64,000 nt of DNA, from NCBI GenBank assembly GCA_015680685.1, contig MNCI01001300.1, positions 228,059 to 292,058 of the forward strand, read 5' to 3'. The notes below the pieces were generated by a model that was given only the letters and a program-made list of their open reading frames with translations, searched no databases and was not told the DNA's origin. The position numbers and the translations under genes were made by a program. How positions within the stretch are numbered: position 1 is the stretch's first letter; each line of letters begins with the position of its first letter. This DNA comes from Gnetum montanum (Eukaryota; Plantae; Gnetophyta). Positions 63,172 through 64,000 of the stretch are shown piece after piece.

Positions 63172-63704
63172 GGTTCGCTATGACCTTAAATTGGAAATCC
63201 TATGGCCAACCATGGTCCCAAAATTGGTTCCCATACTTATTTGATTTTATAATAACATGATTAGACAAATTTTTTATAGCATTTTCTTTCTTATCTTATG
63301 CATTTTACTTTATTTATGATAGGTGTTTCTTAATTTTGTTTTTCTAGTTGATTTTTGTAGGATCTTACAAGCACACAACATGACTATGCATGCAACATTG
63401 CACCTCACACAAGCAAGGTAAGCAAACATCTACTACAACACTAAACTAGCACAAAATGTCCATTGTGATGTTAAATTGGCATAGAATGTCCTTGGGCTAT
63501 GACATTAAACTGGCACCCACAACATGGTCTACCATGACCTTAAACTGGCCATTCACTATCTGCTATGACATTAAACTAGAATGCAACAGTTTGCTAGGAC
63601 TATAAACTAGCACATCACAGTTTGCCAAGACCTTAAACTAGATTCACAGTCTACTAGGACCTTAAACTAGCATAACATGTAGTCTACCAAGACCATAAAT
63701 TAGG
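63172..63704 (+). repeat. Tat motif array 4 (2 units at 63172-63227, ~9 units at 63426-63704)
   Basis: ggttcgctatgaccttaaattgg, ggtctaccatgaccttaaactgg, agtctactaggaccttaaactag, tgtccattgtgatgttaaattgg; CpG-decayed homolog of array 1. Confidence 0.85.
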
Positions 63705-64000
63705 TTCACAGTTTATCACCCATAGTTCAACACATATAGTTCTACGGAAAAGCAAGTACAAATACTTATAACCCTTCGCTACCTTCCCACACCTCTTGGG
63801 TAGGGTGGGATGGGACGTTGCAGTTCCAAAATTAAGTTCACGTTGTCAAGGAAAAGACCTCTAGAACATTTATAGCATCACTACCCTTGGCATCTTATTG
63901 ATCCTCTAGAGATGCCTTCAGGCATCTTTTTGACCTTCTAGAGCTATTGCCATCATCGCTAGTCATCTTGGTTGGAGCTCTCACCATTAGCATCACTCGC

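Overview
Repeat-saturated, mostly CpG-depleted land-plant heterochromatin with no intact host gene, no prokaryotic features and two assembly gaps (2304-2488, 44085-44104). It is a stack of nested LTR retrotransposons: (1) the 3' end of a CpG-rich Tat/Ogre-type Gypsy element (integrase C-terminus plus two motif arrays); (2) three Athila-type elements (tRNA-Asp PBS, TGAT..ATCA LTRs) with gag and, in two cases, an env-like ORF, but no recognisable pol, plus an Athila solo LTR; (3) a 2.8-kb solo-LTR-like insert with a 5-bp TSD carrying a captured 5' fragment of DEAD-box helicase RH24/DDX42; (4) a degenerate CRM-like chromovirus; (5) a truncated SIRE-like Copia; (6) two Tat-type elements (tRNA-Asn PBS) that stop after gag-protease, one with a ~5.7-kb spliced antisense gene containing a duplicated PMD-like module. 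The most striking unexplained signal is a motif arrayed in the 3' regions of all Tat elements: a 4-bp stem, a fixed 6-nt loop, then NNAAACTRG. Its stem covaries between arrays (CGTC/GACG, GGCC/GGCC, GGTC/GACC), and a second palindromic TACGCT..AGCGTA array accompanies it. All family assignments come from motif recognition by eye; no searches were run.
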